From assembly GCA_963667565.1 (NCBI GenBank), contig OY763415.1, positions 1,312,001-1,376,000 of the forward strand: DNA of 64,000 nucleotides, given 5' to 3'. Of this stretch, positions 20,275-30,867 are shown piece by piece. A program made the translations under genes and the position numbers. Every line of letters begins with the position of its first letter. Within the stretch, counting starts at the first letter, position 1. The notes beneath the pieces are model-generated. The model saw nothing but the letters and a program-made list of their open reading frames with translations. It ran no database searches and was not told the origin of the DNA. The DNA is from Acholeplasmataceae bacterium. GTDB taxonomy: Bacteria; Bacillota_I; Bacilli_A; Acholeplasmatales; Acholeplasmataceae.

Positions 20275-20305
20275 AAACATCTCTTTAAGTGAAGAGGTGT
20301 TTTTT
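20275..20305 (+). terminator. Rho-independent terminator
   Basis: AAACATCTCTT-loop-AAGAGGTGTTT + T run. Confidence 0.75.
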
Positions 20306-20456
20306 ATTTTAGAGGACTTTTTGTGGAATATCTCTACTTATTTTCTTATTAGAAATGAAATTCAATCACACGCTTTTTAAATAGAATTTATTTAAATATA
20401 ATTGGATTACAAGAAACAATTTATTTATAAAATAAATTTTTAAAAGGAGTGAATTT

Positions 20457-23400
20457 ATGAAAAAAATCTTCTTGTTACTTATTTTATTGATGATGAGTAT
20501 TTTTATTTTTACATCTCAAAATCAATCAATCTATGCTTCGAGTGATCCCTATATTTCAATTTCATCTGGAAATGGACACTCAGTAGCACTTACACAAAGT
20601 GGAAAAATTTTTACATGGGGCTATAATAATCATGGTCAGTTAGGTAATGGTACAACAACTACATCTTACCTTAAAAATGATATAACTGAAAACGGTGATT
20701 TAGCTGGTTTGATTGGCTCTGGTGATAAAATTACATATATAGAAGCTGAAAATGACGCTACCTTATTAATTAGTGAGCAAGGGCGTATTTTTGTATTTGG
20801 TGACGATAACTCAGGAAATCTAGCCAATGGAGCATATGCCGATCAACACTTACCTGATGAAATCACTGGACGTGGTGCTTTGGCAAATCTTGCTGTAGAT
20901 GACAAAATTGTCACTGGTTCTATTTCGGGTTGGATTTTAATTCTCGTATCTGAACAAGGACGTGTATTTTCAGTAGGTTCTAAATATCAAAATGCTTATT
21001 CATCGTCTTCAAACCAATCACTACCTGTAGAAATTACACATAGTGGTGCTTTAAATAATCTTGATTCTAGTGACAAAATTGTTTTTGTAGAATCTGTTTA
21101 TGGAGCCACAGGTCCAACAAGAAGTATTTATATCAGCCAAAATGGGCGCGTATTCACTCATGGAGGTCAAATTTGGGGTACCTTAGGTAATGGGTCTACC
21201 AGTAATAGTATTATTTATACACCAATCGAAATTACTACATTAGGTGATTTAAATGCTTTGTCTAGTGCAGGCGATAAAGTGATCAGCGCAAGTACATCTT
21301 ATAGTGCAACATATTTAATGACACAAGACCATCAAGTTTTTGGTTATGGGTTAACAAATAGTGAAGAAATTCTAGATTCTATTGCTGGTGATTATGTGAC
21401 TTATCCAAGAAGTATGATGTCTAGATTTACGTTAAATACAAATGAACATATAATTGATATGCAAGCAGCTTATAGCTCTGGTGCATTTCTCACAGACCAA
21501 AATAGAATACTTACACTTGGTAATAACTATGTAGGGCAAGCAGGTGTTAATGACTTAAGGGATTTAGGCACCAATGTCTCAGAAGCTACACTTTATGGTG
21601 ATTTTAGTGGTCAAACACTTTCATTTTTAATGATTGATGGAGAAAGCGAACATTATTTAGCACTTGATGCTAATGGTGAAATTTATGGATGGGGTAATAC
21701 TGACTCAGGGGCATTAAGTGCAGATCCAACCATATTTACAACACCAATTAAACAAGCCACTAATATTGATAATTTTAATTTAATACAGATGAGTTTTAAT
21801 TCTAATGGTGGATCATCAGTTTCTACAATATCCCAATTAGAAGATAGTGCAATCACACCTCCATCAAACCCAACAAAAGATGGGTACACATTTGATGGTT
21901 GGTATGCAGATAGTGAATTAACCATACCTTATATCATAGATACCATGCCTTCAGAAGATATTACTTTGTACGCTAAATGGGTAACTACGACTTTTAGTAT
22001 CAGCTATGAACTAGATGGTGCTTTGGACAACACCAATCCAGCAAATTATACGATTATTGATGATACGATTACTTTATCTGATGTTTCAAAGGAAGGCTCA
22101 ACTTTTGCAGGTTGGTTTACAGAGGCATCCTTTACAAATGAAGTCACTGAAATAACAACCGGTTCTTTTGGAAATGTGACACTTTATGCTAAATTTGTCT
22201 CACTTCCTCCTCAAATTTCATTAACCTCTACAACTGTGGAAGCAAGTCAATATTCTTCAGATATTCTAGATTTTTTGACTTTTTCTGATGATGAGACCCT
22301 AAATGAAGATTTAATTGTATCAGTTACTTTTTTAAATTATAACTTTTATGCCTATGATTATACATTTTTCCCCAATGCATTAGGTGATTTTCAAATTGAA
22401 GTAACTGCTACTGATGAAGATGGAAATCAAACAACTGAGCTATTTGATATGTCAGTCGTTGATACAACACCAATAGCATTCTATGATGATTCAGGAGAAA
22501 CTCCTGTTGAAAGAACTTCGATGGATTTTTATTATTTTATTGACGCACAAGACTATCTTACACTTGACAATAGTGTTGATCCATATATTAGTGATTGGGA
22601 ACGTATTTCTGTAAGTTATGAAATGGTAGGTTTACAGTTTGGTGAATCAGAAATCATGGATGTTTTCGCATCCATTACGGTTCCAGGTCAATATGATTTA
22701 ATTCAATATTTTGATGATGGTAGTAACAATATTTCAGAATTCACTTATCATTTCACTTACATCTATCTCACTGACATTTTTGATTATGCACCTAATTTCA
22801 ATCTTCCTTTAAACAGTAGTTTTAATGTTAATAACCTTTCACTTCATGGCGATTTTTCACAATATACACTTAATATATCATCAGATCTAGATACGGCTTT
22901 TTTAGGAACATATAGTGTGTCATTTGAACTTTATGATGAGATCAATGACGATATTATATTCGATGGCGATTATGTGTTGATTGTAACAGATCAAGATGTG
23001 TTTCCACCGGTTGTAACCACTACTGATTTTAATATTGAAGCTGGTTTCCCAATTGAAGATTTCTCAACTTACAATGGACACTATACTGTTTCAGATGATA
23101 GTGAATATAGCATTGACTTTTCAGATGATATTAATTATGATGTTCCAGGCGATTATACATTAACACTAACTGTCACTGATGCATTTGACAATGTAACAGT
23201 TGCTGAATTAACTGTGACCGTATTGCCTTTTGAACTAAAGAATCTTGCATTTAATGAAGCTGGTGGTACATCTGTTGATGATCAACACTACTACTATTTA
23301 GATACCATTGTACTACCTGAAGTTAATCCTACCAAAGAGGGTTACACATTTGGTGGATGGTATACAACACCACAGTTTGATGAACCATTTACGTTAACCT

Positions 23401-24260
23401 CAATGCCTAATCTAAATATCACAGTTTATGCGTATTGGATTCCAAACCAATACACGGTTACATTTGATACAAATGGTGGTTCTTTAATTGATCCGATAAC
23501 TCAAGATTATTTATCATATGTAATTGCACCAACAGCCCCAACTTACACAGGTTTTACTTTTGATGCATGGTATACAGATGATACTTATTTAACGGTTTAT
23601 CATTTTAATACAATGCCAAATCACGATGTTACTTTATATGCCAACTGGATTAGAAATACTTACACAGTTTATTTTCATCCTAATAATGGTTCATCATTTA
23701 GTTATATCAATCAACCTTTTGACACCATGGTCATGCCTCCAGAAGATCCTATTTATGAAGGATATACATTTAATGGTTGGTACTTAGATAGTGGATTAAC
23801 TCAACCTTATTCATTTGAGGCAATGCCCGCTAATATAATCCATCTATATGCAAAATGGTCATTAAACCAATATAGTATCACTTTTGATAGTGCAGGAGGT
23901 AGCGTGGTTTCTGCCATCACTCAAGATTATCAATCAGATGTCAGCGCACCTGCTAATCCTACTAAAGAGGGTTACACATTTAATGGTTGGGATCAAAGTG
24001 TTCCTGCGACAATGCCTTCAAATGATTTAACACTTACTGCGACTTGGACAATTAACCAATATAGTATCACTTTTGATACTGCCGGAGGTAGCGTGGTTTC
24101 TGCCATCACTCAAGATTATCAATCAGATGTCAGCGCACCTGCTAATCCTACTAAAGAGGGTTACACATTTAATGGTTGGGATCAAAGTGTTCCTGCGACA
24201 ATGCCTTCAAATGATTTAACACTTACTGCGACTTGGACAATTAACCAATATAGCTTTTGA
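20457..24260 (+). CDS. Large surface protein (RCC1-like repeats + InlB B/Listeria-Bacteroides repeats + Ig-like domains), 5' part of frameshifted gene
   Basis: Signal peptide; HSVAL...G.IFTWG.N..GQLG RCC1 repeats; many F.SNGG...P..PTKEGYTF.GWY..MP..D.TLYAKW repeats; ends at TTT-TGA inside a tandem repeat. Confidence 0.85.
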   Translation: MKKIFLLLILLMMSIFIFTSQNQSIYASSDPYISISSGNGHSVALTQSGKIFTWGYNNHGQLGNGTTTTSYLKNDITENGDLAGLIGSGDKITYIEAENDATLLISEQGRIFVFGDDNSGNLANGAYADQHLPDEITGRGALANLAVDDKIVTGSISGWILILVSEQGRVFSVGSKYQNAYSSSSNQSLPVEITHSGALNNLDSSDKIVFVESVYGATGPTRSIYISQNGRVFTHGGQIWGTLGNGSTSNSIIYTPIEITTLGDLNALSSAGDKVISASTSYSATYLMTQDHQVFGYGLTNSEEILDSIAGDYVTYPRSMMSRFTLNTNEHIIDMQAAYSSGAFLTDQNRILTLGNNYVGQAGVNDLRDLGTNVSEATLYGDFSGQTLSFLMIDGESEHYLALDANGEIYGWGNTDSGALSADPTIFTTPIKQATNIDNFNLIQMSFNSNGGSSVSTISQLEDSAITPPSNPTKDGYTFDGWYADSELTIPYIIDTMPSEDITLYAKWVTTTFSISYELDGALDNTNPANYTIIDDTITLSDVSKEGSTFAGWFTEASFTNEVTEITTGSFGNVTLYAKFVSLPPQISLTSTTVEASQYSSDILDFLTFSDDETLNEDLIVSVTFLNYNFYAYDYTFFPNALGDFQIEVTATDEDGNQTTELFDMSVVDTTPIAFYDDSGETPVERTSMDFYYFIDAQDYLTLDNSVDPYISDWERISVSYEMVGLQFGESEIMDVFASITVPGQYDLIQYFDDGSNNISEFTYHFTYIYLTDIFDYAPNFNLPLNSSFNVNNLSLHGDFSQYTLNISSDLDTAFLGTYSVSFELYDEINDDIIFDGDYVLIVTDQDVFPPVVTTTDFNIEAGFPIEDFSTYNGHYTVSDDSEYSIDFSDDINYDVPGDYTLTLTVTDAFDNVTVAELTVTVLPFELKNLAFNEAGGTSVDDQHYYYLDTIVLPEVNPTKEGYTFGGWYTTPQFDEPFTLTSMPNLNITVYAYWIPNQYTVTFDTNGGSLIDPITQDYLSYVIAPTAPTYTGFTFDAWYTDDTYLTVYHFNTMPNHDVTLYANWIRNTYTVYFHPNNGSSFSYINQPFDTMVMPPEDPIYEGYTFNGWYLDSGLTQPYSFEAMPANIIHLYAKWSLNQYSITFDSAGGSVVSAITQDYQSDVSAPANPTKEGYTFNGWDQSVPATMPSNDLTLTATWTINQYSITFDTAGGSVVSAITQDYQSDVSAPANPTKEGYTFNGWDQSVPATMPSNDLTLTATWTINQYSF

Positions 24261-24431
24261 TACTGCAGGAGGTAGCGTGGTTTCTGCCATCACTCAAGAT
24301 TACCTATCAGATGTCAGCGCACCTGCTAATCCTACTAAAGAGGGTTACACATTTAATGGTTGGGATCAAAGTATTCCTTCGACAATGCCTTCAAATGATT
24401 TAACACTCACTGCGACTTGGACAATCAACAG
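23865..24431 (+). repeat. Three near-identical 189-bp tandem repeats (63-aa InlB-B unit); third copy has a 5-bp deletion
   Basis: AACCAATATAG starts at 23865, 24054 and 24243; copy 3 reads TATAGCTTTTGAT vs TATAGTATCACTTTTGAT. Confidence 0.95.
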
Positions 24432-24927
24432 TTATACAGTAACATACGATGTTGATGGTACGTTAACAACAGAGGTTGTCAATTATCAAGGTACACTTCA
24501 AAACATACCAACGCCAACAAAAGAAGGCTATACATTTGTTGCTTGGCAAATTGATGAAAGTGATGTTGATTTATCAACTTATGTACAATCTATTGGAGAT
24601 ATCACAATCGTTGCTACATTCTTAGATGCTACACCACCATTAGTCACTGGTGTTGTCAATGAAACTGTCTATCAAAGAGGAAGCGAAATTACCATTAATT
24701 ATAATGAAGGAACTGCGACATTAAATGGCGTTGCATTCACTTCTGGTACAGTGATTAATACGCCTGGTGATTATACTCTAGTCGTTACAGATAGTTCTGG
24801 AAATGTGACAACAACGACATTTACCATCGAAGGACTTCCAATGAATTTGATTTATATTGGTGGTGGGGTAATTATATTAATTGCACTTCTTGTCACAATG
24901 AAATTCGTTATTTTTAGAAAAAAATAG
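24256..24927 (+). pseudogene. 3' (+1 frame) continuation of the surface protein including C-terminal TM anchor
   Basis: +1 frame reads FDTAGGSVVSAITQDY... and ends LIYIGGGVIILIALLVTMKFVIFRKK; continues the repeat exactly. Confidence 0.85.
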
Positions 24928-24942
24928 TACTTTTATTTTAAC

Positions 24943-24971
24943 AAAAGCCATGTGGAAAACATGGCTTTTTT
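24943..24971 (+). terminator. Rho-independent terminator
   Basis: AAAAGCCATGT-GGAAA-ACATGGCTTTT. Confidence 0.8.
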
Positions 24972-25008
24972 CTTTACATTTGATATAATAACACTAAGAG
25001 GTGATTCG

Positions 25009-26037
25009 ATGAATCAAAAACTGAAAGTAGCACTTATTGGATATGGTATGGCAGGACAATGGTTTCATATGACTCAACTTCATAACCACAAAAATTATGA
25101 AGTTAAATATGTAATGACACGTAGTGAAAAAAATATAAGCATCTTAAAACAAACTGTACCAAACGCTCATGTGATCTCATCTTTTGATGATGCCATCAAT
25201 GATAAAGAAGTTGATCTTATTGTTATCGCAACTTCAAACGATGTACATTTTGAATATACTAAAAAAGCGATACTTGCTAAAAAGCATGTTGTATGTGAAA
25301 AACCATTTGTGGATACGTTTGACAAAGCTAAATATCTTTTTGATTTAGCAAAGGAAAATCAAGTCATCTTACGTGTATTTCATAATAGAAGATTTGATGG
25401 TGATATATTAACCATTAAAGATTTAATTAAAACTGAAGATTTTGGTTCTATCATTTCATTTACAGCACGTTTTAATCGATATCATCCAGAGTTATCAGAT
25501 AATTGGCGTTATCAAGATAATCATATGCCTGGTTCTTATTATGATTTAGCACCTCATCTTGTTTTTGATGCTCTTGAATTATTTGGCTATCCAAATCAAG
25601 TGTTCACACAATTATTTATTGATCGTGAAGGTGGACTTGCAGATGATCGTTTTCAAATGATTTTATATTATGATACTTTTGAGTGTTATTTAAGTTCTGA
25701 AGTCTTTGAACGAGATCCAAAACCTCGCTTTGAACTTGTAGGTACAAAAAAGACTTATGTTAAATATGGTTTTGACCAACCAGATTCAGTCAATAAACTA
25801 ATTGATATACCTTATCAAGAAAATCAGCCAAAGAGTTTACTCATCACTTCTTTAGAAGAACAAGCTCACATCAATGTTTACACAGGTAAACACTATTTAT
25901 TTTATGATCAATTATATCTTGACATCCTCTATTTAGAAGATTCAAGCGAAAATGAGAAATTATCTTTAATGGTTATAGATGTGATGGAACACGGGTTAAA
26001 ATCTCATCAACAAAAGAAAATTATATCGCTTAAATAA
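25009..26037 (+). CDS. Gfo/Idh/MocA family oxidoreductase (YdgJ/IolW-like)
   Basis: IGYGMAG..FH, HVVCEKP, FHNRRFD, DLAPH; start ATG 25009 after GAGGTG. Confidence 0.88.
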   Translation: MNQKLKVALIGYGMAGQWFHMTQLHNHKNYEVKYVMTRSEKNISILKQTVPNAHVISSFDDAINDKEVDLIVIATSNDVHFEYTKKAILAKKHVVCEKPFVDTFDKAKYLFDLAKENQVILRVFHNRRFDGDILTIKDLIKTEDFGSIISFTARFNRYHPELSDNWRYQDNHMPGSYYDLAPHLVFDALELFGYPNQVFTQLFIDREGGLADDRFQMILYYDTFECYLSSEVFERDPKPRFELVGTKKTYVKYGFDQPDSVNKLIDIPYQENQPKSLLITSLEEQAHINVYTGKHYLFYDQLYLDILYLEDSSENEKLSLMVIDVMEHGLKSHQQKKIISLK

Positions 26038-26063
26038 AAAAATCCGAATATCGGATTTTTTTT
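26036..26063. terminator. Bidirectional terminator
   Basis: AAAAAAATCCGA-ATA-TCGGATTTTTTT between convergent genes. Confidence 0.8.
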
Positions 26064-27765
26064 ATAAACTGTTTTTTACGATTTCTATGACTTCTTCTTG
26101 TGTTTTAGCTTTTAATACCTTATGTGCTATATCTTCAAATGTTTTATGTTGATGTGTATTGATGATTTTTTTAATTTTAGCCACTTGAGATAATGACATG
26201 CTTAATTTCTTGATACCTAATCCAATAAGAATAGGTGCTGCAATTTCATCGCCACCTAATTCACCGCATATGGATAACTCTTTATCATGTGCATTAAATG
26301 AATTGCTTATCATTTTTAAAACTCTAAATACAGCAGGTGAATAACTTTGATAGTATGATTTTATGTCAGTATTCATACGATCAACTGCATGCAGGTATTG
26401 TGTTAAATCATTTGTGCCTACACTTGCAAAATCAACGAGTTCACAAACCTCATCACTCATCATCGCAATCGAAGGTATCTCTATCATAATACCTATTTTT
26501 AAATGGTGATCATAGTCCAATTTTTGATCTTCAAGTTCTTTTTTACATGTTTCAACAACTTCTTTTGCACGAATGATATCATCTATCGATCCAACCATAG
26601 GAAACATCAGTTGAATATTATGTTTAACTGAACCTACAAGTGCTGCTTTAATTTGTGTTTTAAACATGTCCATATGTTCAAAACAAAGTCTAAGTGCACG
26701 CTTACCTAAAAAAGGATTTTCTTCTTCGGGTAATGTTAAATATGATAATTTTTTGTCGCCACCAATATCTAATGTTCTTAGTGTGACTTTTTTACCTTCA
26801 AATTTAACAGAAACATCTTCATAAACTAATCTTTGTTCTTCAAATGTTGGCAGGTGACTATTTTCCATAAATAAAAATTCACTTCTAAATAATCCAATAC
26901 CATCAACTGCCATTATAGATTTTAAAGATTCATCTTGGTTAGAGCCGATATTTAAATGAATTTCAATCTCATGTCCATCAAGTGTCTTTGCACTTTGATT
27001 TAAATATTTTAGTGTGTCTTGTTTTTCTTGTAAAAATGCTTGTTGTTTTGCTAAATATTTATCTTTTGTTTCTTTATCATAATTCATAATGACACTTCCA
27101 CTAACCGCATCTAAAATAGCAGGTCCTTCTAATCCAAGTGTTAACAAATCTTTAACTCCAATGATTGCTGGAATGTCATAACTTTTCGCGATGATTGCTG
27201 AATGAGAAGTATTTGATCCTATCTCAGTAATAATCCCTTTAACATGCGTTCTATCCATTGTTGCAGTATCTGATGGATATAAATCATAGGTCACAATGAT
27301 AACATCTTCATCAAGGTTAGAAATATCTGGATAGATTTTATCATCTAAATTTCTAAGCACTCTTGTTTTAACATCATCTAGATCCGCAACCCTTGCTTTG
27401 ATGTAGGGATCATCAATCATGTCAAGCATACTTTTAAATGTTTTATATGAAACGTCTACAGCTTTAGTAGGATGATAACCTTCACTCAAAAAATTTAAAA
27501 TCATATCATTGACTTCAATATCATTTAATATTTCAATATGTGCATTAAAAATTTCTGATTTTTCATCGTTTTCTTCTTTCAAATGATTCACAATCAGTTC
27601 TAATTCACTCTGTGCTTTTTTAACTGCATCTTGATATAGTTTTAATGAGGTTATTTGATCTAATGTGTTGTTTTCAACAATCACTGCTTGATACACTTCA
27701 TAAGGCATCAATTTTCCAAATCCATATCCTAATGAAACTGGAGCACTTAATTTTATTTCTTTCAT
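26062..27765 (-). CDS. ptsI: PTS enzyme I (PEP-protein phosphotransferase)
   Basis: TSHSAIIA phospho-His, GIGLFRSEF, RTLDIGGDK, EENPFLG.RA.R, SVGTNDLTQY, CGELGG. Confidence 0.96.
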   Translation of the reverse strand: MKEIKLSAPVSLGYGFGKLMPYEVYQAVIVENNTLDQITSLKLYQDAVKKAQSELELIVNHLKEENDEKSEIFNAHIEILNDIEVNDMILNFLSEGYHPTKAVDVSYKTFKSMLDMIDDPYIKARVADLDDVKTRVLRNLDDKIYPDISNLDEDVIIVTYDLYPSDTATMDRTHVKGIITEIGSNTSHSAIIAKSYDIPAIIGVKDLLTLGLEGPAILDAVSGSVIMNYDKETKDKYLAKQQAFLQEKQDTLKYLNQSAKTLDGHEIEIHLNIGSNQDESLKSIMAVDGIGLFRSEFLFMENSHLPTFEEQRLVYEDVSVKFEGKKVTLRTLDIGGDKKLSYLTLPEEENPFLGKRALRLCFEHMDMFKTQIKAALVGSVKHNIQLMFPMVGSIDDIIRAKEVVETCKKELEDQKLDYDHHLKIGIMIEIPSIAMMSDEVCELVDFASVGTNDLTQYLHAVDRMNTDIKSYYQSYSPAVFRVLKMISNSFNAHDKELSICGELGGDEIAAPILIGLGIKKLSMSLSQVAKIKKIINTHQHKTFEDIAHKVLKAKTQEEVIEIVKNSL

Positions 27766-27828
27766 GGATAACTCCTTAAAAATAAAGATAGGGCTGGCAT
27801 AGTTTTATAACCAGCCCCACACTTTGAT

Positions 27829-28089
27829 TTAAATTAAAGCTTCTTCCCTTAAAGCGGCTTCAATCACGTTTTTCATATCTTCTTCTTTATGTCCATCTAA
27901 ATGAATCTTAAAGGTTGCACCGTTAGGAATACCAAGACTCAATACCATAAGCATTGACTTCATATTCACTAATTTGCCATTATACTCAAGTTGAATATTT
28001 CCTACAAAAGTAGATGCTAATTTGACTAATCTTGTAGCAGGTCTAGCATGTAATCCTTCTGGACTATTGATTTGGTATTCTAAAACCAT
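27829..28089 (-). CDS. ptsH: Phosphocarrier protein HPr
   Basis: GLHARPA (His15), VNMKSML (Ser46). Confidence 0.95.
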   Translation of the reverse strand: MVLEYQINSPEGLHARPATRLVKLASTFVGNIQLEYNGKLVNMKSMLMVLSLGIPNGATFKIHLDGHKEEDMKNVIEAALREEALI

Positions 28090-28090
28090 A

Positions 28091-29125
28091 TTATTCTTCT
28101 TCCTCTAAAGCTGGTGCTTCAGGTAATAAGAGTTTTAATAGGAAAGCTGTTAAAACTGTACCTGCTGCTAGAGCAATTAAGAAGCCCCACCAGTTAGTCA
28201 TAATAAAGATAACGAATAAACCACCATGAGGTGCTGGAACTGCTGCACCAAATAATGCTGATAATGCACCAGCTAATGCAGAACCTGCAATAATTGAAGG
28301 TAAAACGGCTTTAGGATTTGCTGCTGCAAATGGAATAGCACCTTCAGTAATGAATGATGCACCCATAACCCAGTTTGTTTTACCAGCTTCAAGTTGTTGT
28401 TCATTAAATTTAGATTTAAATAACACTGTAGCTAATGCAATACCTAGTGGAGGTGTCATACCACCAACCATAACAGATGCCATTAATTCTGAAGACACAC
28501 CACCAGCGATTGATGCAACACCAACAACATAAGCTGCTTTGTTGATTGGACCACCCATGTCAACTGCCATCATACCACCAGCGATTAAACCAACGACGAT
28601 TGCACTTGTACCACTTAAATTATTTAAGAAGGTTTGTAGACCATCAGTAATTGGAGTAACAATTAAGTTAACACCTAACATTGCAACTGCTGCTAATAAT
28701 GTTCCGAATAATGGGAATAATAATACTGGTTTAATACCATTGAAAGATCTAGGAAGGCCTGAGAATACTTTCTTAAGTAATACCACGATATAACCAGCTG
28801 CAAAACCACCAACTAATGCACCAAGGAATCCTGATCCACCTGATGATGCTAAAGCACCTGCGACAAACCCAGGCACGAAACCAGGTCTATCTGCGATTGC
28901 ATATGCAATAAAACCAGCTAATACAGGTAACATGAAGCCAAATGCCACTTTACCAGTATCGCCAAACCAAGCTGCTACTGCATTACCCCATCCATAATCA
29001 GAAGCACCTGCGTTGCTTGCATCAAGAATAAATGCTAAAGCAATTAAGATACCACCAGCGACAACAAATGGAATCATTTGTGAAACGCCGCTCATAAGAT
29101 TTCTGTAAACATTGTTCTTTTTCAT
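28091..29125 (-). CDS. Fructose-specific PTS EIIC
   Basis: LMSGVSQMIPFVVAGG, IADRPG, DMGGPINK, FITEGAIPFA, PAPHGG. Confidence 0.95.
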   Translation of the reverse strand: MKKNNVYRNLMSGVSQMIPFVVAGGILIALAFILDASNAGASDYGWGNAVAAWFGDTGKVAFGFMLPVLAGFIAYAIADRPGFVPGFVAGALASSGGSGFLGALVGGFAAGYIVVLLKKVFSGLPRSFNGIKPVLLFPLFGTLLAAVAMLGVNLIVTPITDGLQTFLNNLSGTSAIVVGLIAGGMMAVDMGGPINKAAYVVGVASIAGGVSSELMASVMVGGMTPPLGIALATVLFKSKFNEQQLEAGKTNWVMGASFITEGAIPFAAANPKAVLPSIIAGSALAGALSALFGAAVPAPHGGLFVIFIMTNWWGFLIALAAGTVLTAFLLKLLLPEAPALEEEE

Positions 29126-29158
29126 CTTTTTCTCCTTTTATTTATTTCACAAATCATT

Positions 29159-29485
29159 CTATTGATGATTGTAAATACTATACTTGTTTGCTAAAGCATC
29201 TTCAACAAGCTGTTTAGCATTTTTAATGCCAGCTGAAACGCCAACTTCAATCAGTGGTTTACCATTGAATCTTTTCATTTCAACTCTAGCATCTGCTGCA
29301 ATGATAACTGCAACTGCTTCTTCAATATCTTGTGGTTTTAGTCTGTTTTCAACACCAATAGATCCATTGGTTTCAACAATGACTTTAACACCAAGTTTCT
29401 TTCCTGCTTTTTCAAGCATTTCTGCTGCCATATATGTATGTGCTATCCCTGTTGGACAAGCTGTTACTGCGACTATTTTTTGCAT
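29159..29485 (-). CDS. Fructose-specific PTS EIIB
   Basis: VTACPTGIAHTYMAAE. Confidence 0.95.
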   Translation of the reverse strand: MQKIVAVTACPTGIAHTYMAAEMLEKAGKKLGVKVIVETNGSIGVENRLKPQDIEEAVAVIIAADARVEMKRFNGKPLIEVGVSAGIKNAKQLVEDALANKYSIYNHQ

Positions 29486-29488
29486 GTA

Positions 29489-29950
29489 TTATTCCTCCTT
29501 ATTGAGTGTACTTAAAATATCTAACACTGCTTCTTTAGTTGAAGCATTGAGTAAACCTTCTCTAAACTCTTCATCAATTAATTTTCTTGATAATGCTGCA
29601 AGTGTTTTTAAATGTAGGTCATCATTGGTGTTTGGTACTGCAATTAAAAAGAAAATAAATGCGGGTTCATCATCCATCGATTCAAAATCTATACCATTTT
29701 TACTTCTACCAAATACTAAAGATGCTTTTTTAACAACTTCAGTTTTAGCATGGGGTATCGCTATTCCAAAACCTACACCAGTTGAACTATGCGCTTCTCT
29801 TGCCATCGCTACATCGTATAATGTTTTAGGGTCATCAGTTATCTTGTTTTTTGCTAAAAGATCTACGAGTTCTTTAACAACTGCTGGTTTTGTTTGTGCT
29901 TGTAACTCTAAGTTGATTAAATCTTCATTGATTAATTCAACGATTTTCAT
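29489..29950 (-). CDS. Fructose-specific PTS EIIA
   Basis: RE..SSTG.G.GIAIPHAK, HLK.LA.LSR.L. Confidence 0.93.
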   Translation of the reverse strand: MKIVELINEDLINLELQAQTKPAVVKELVDLLAKNKITDDPKTLYDVAMAREAHSSTGVGFGIAIPHAKTEVVKKASLVFGRSKNGIDFESMDDEPAFIFFLIAVPNTNDDLHLKTLAALSRKLIDEEFREGLLNASTKEAVLDILSTLNKEE

Positions 29951-30867
29951 ATATTAATCTCCTCTATTTCTACTTGACTTAGTATGTCATTGTATACTTT
30001 TAAATCAACAATTTCATTTCCAAAAGTAGTTGCTGATGCTGCTGCAACTGCTGATTTATAACAATCAACAAGTGATTGATTCTTTTCGTACGCTGCAATA
30101 AACCCTGCAACCATTGAATCACCTGCACCTACAGTATTTTTAACTTCTCCTGTTAAAGGTTTGGCTTTAAATACATGATATTTATTAATAAGTAGTGACC
30201 CATCTTTTCCCAAAGAAACAATCACATGTTTAGCACCAGCTTTAACGAGTGCTCTACCCGCATCAACAATATCTTCAAGTCTTTCTAGTTTCTTTAAGAC
30301 ATAAGTTTCTAATTCCAATAAATTAGGTTTCATTAATAGTGGTTTAAACTTTAAATATTCTGCCATATATTTGCTTGGTGTATCCATCACGATTTCGACT
30401 TGATGATCACTACAGTGTTTAGCAATCTTTTTATATAAGTCTGGTTGCCCTTTAGCACTACTGCCTCCACAAATTAAAATATCTTGTGGTTTTAATGTAT
30501 CAATATAATCTAATAAAGCTTGTGCTTCACTATCTTTTACTTCTACACCGTTATGATTGATTTCCGTTTCTTTATCATGGATAAGAATTTTAACGTTGAC
30601 CCTTGTGAGCGCATCAATCATAATAAAATGTGATTTTACATTGAGCTTTTGATCAATCACATCTTTAATGTAATGACCTGTGATGCCACCTAAAAAGCCA
30701 GTAGCAATACTTCCTATACCAAGTTTTTTCAAGCCGATTGAGACATTAATACCTTTCCCACCAACAAGAAAATCACCTTGATCAAATCGATTTAATTCTT
30801 CTAATTCTAGGTAATCCATTTTGATTTTGTAATCAATCGCTGGATTTAAGGTACATGTATAAATCAC
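29947..30867 (-). CDS. fruK: 1-phosphofructokinase
   Basis: IYTCTLNPAID, GGKGINVS, KPN..EL, NTVGAGDSMVAGF; GTG start. Confidence 0.93.
   Translation of the reverse strand: MIYTCTLNPAIDYKIKMDYLELEELNRFDQGDFLVGGKGINVSIGLKKLGIGSIATGFLGGITGHYIKDVIDQKLNVKSHFIMIDALTRVNVKILIHDKETEINHNGVEVKDSEAQALLDYIDTLKPQDILICGGSSAKGQPDLYKKIAKHCSDHQVEIVMDTPSKYMAEYLKFKPLLMKPNLLELETYVLKKLERLEDIVDAGRALVKAGAKHVIVSLGKDGSLLINKYHVFKAKPLTGEVKNTVGAGDSMVAGFIAAYEKNQSLVDCYKSAVAAASATTFGNEIVDLKVYNDILSQVEIEEINI

Noticed and set aside
23865..24431. Tandem repeats as CRISPR or DGR template/variable repeats
   Set aside because: In-frame 189-bp coding units; differences are not adenine-specific and no reverse transcriptase is present.
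29184..29957. 257-aa plus-strand ORF
   Set aside because: Antisense shadow of in-frame EIIA/EIIB genes; no RBS or motifs.
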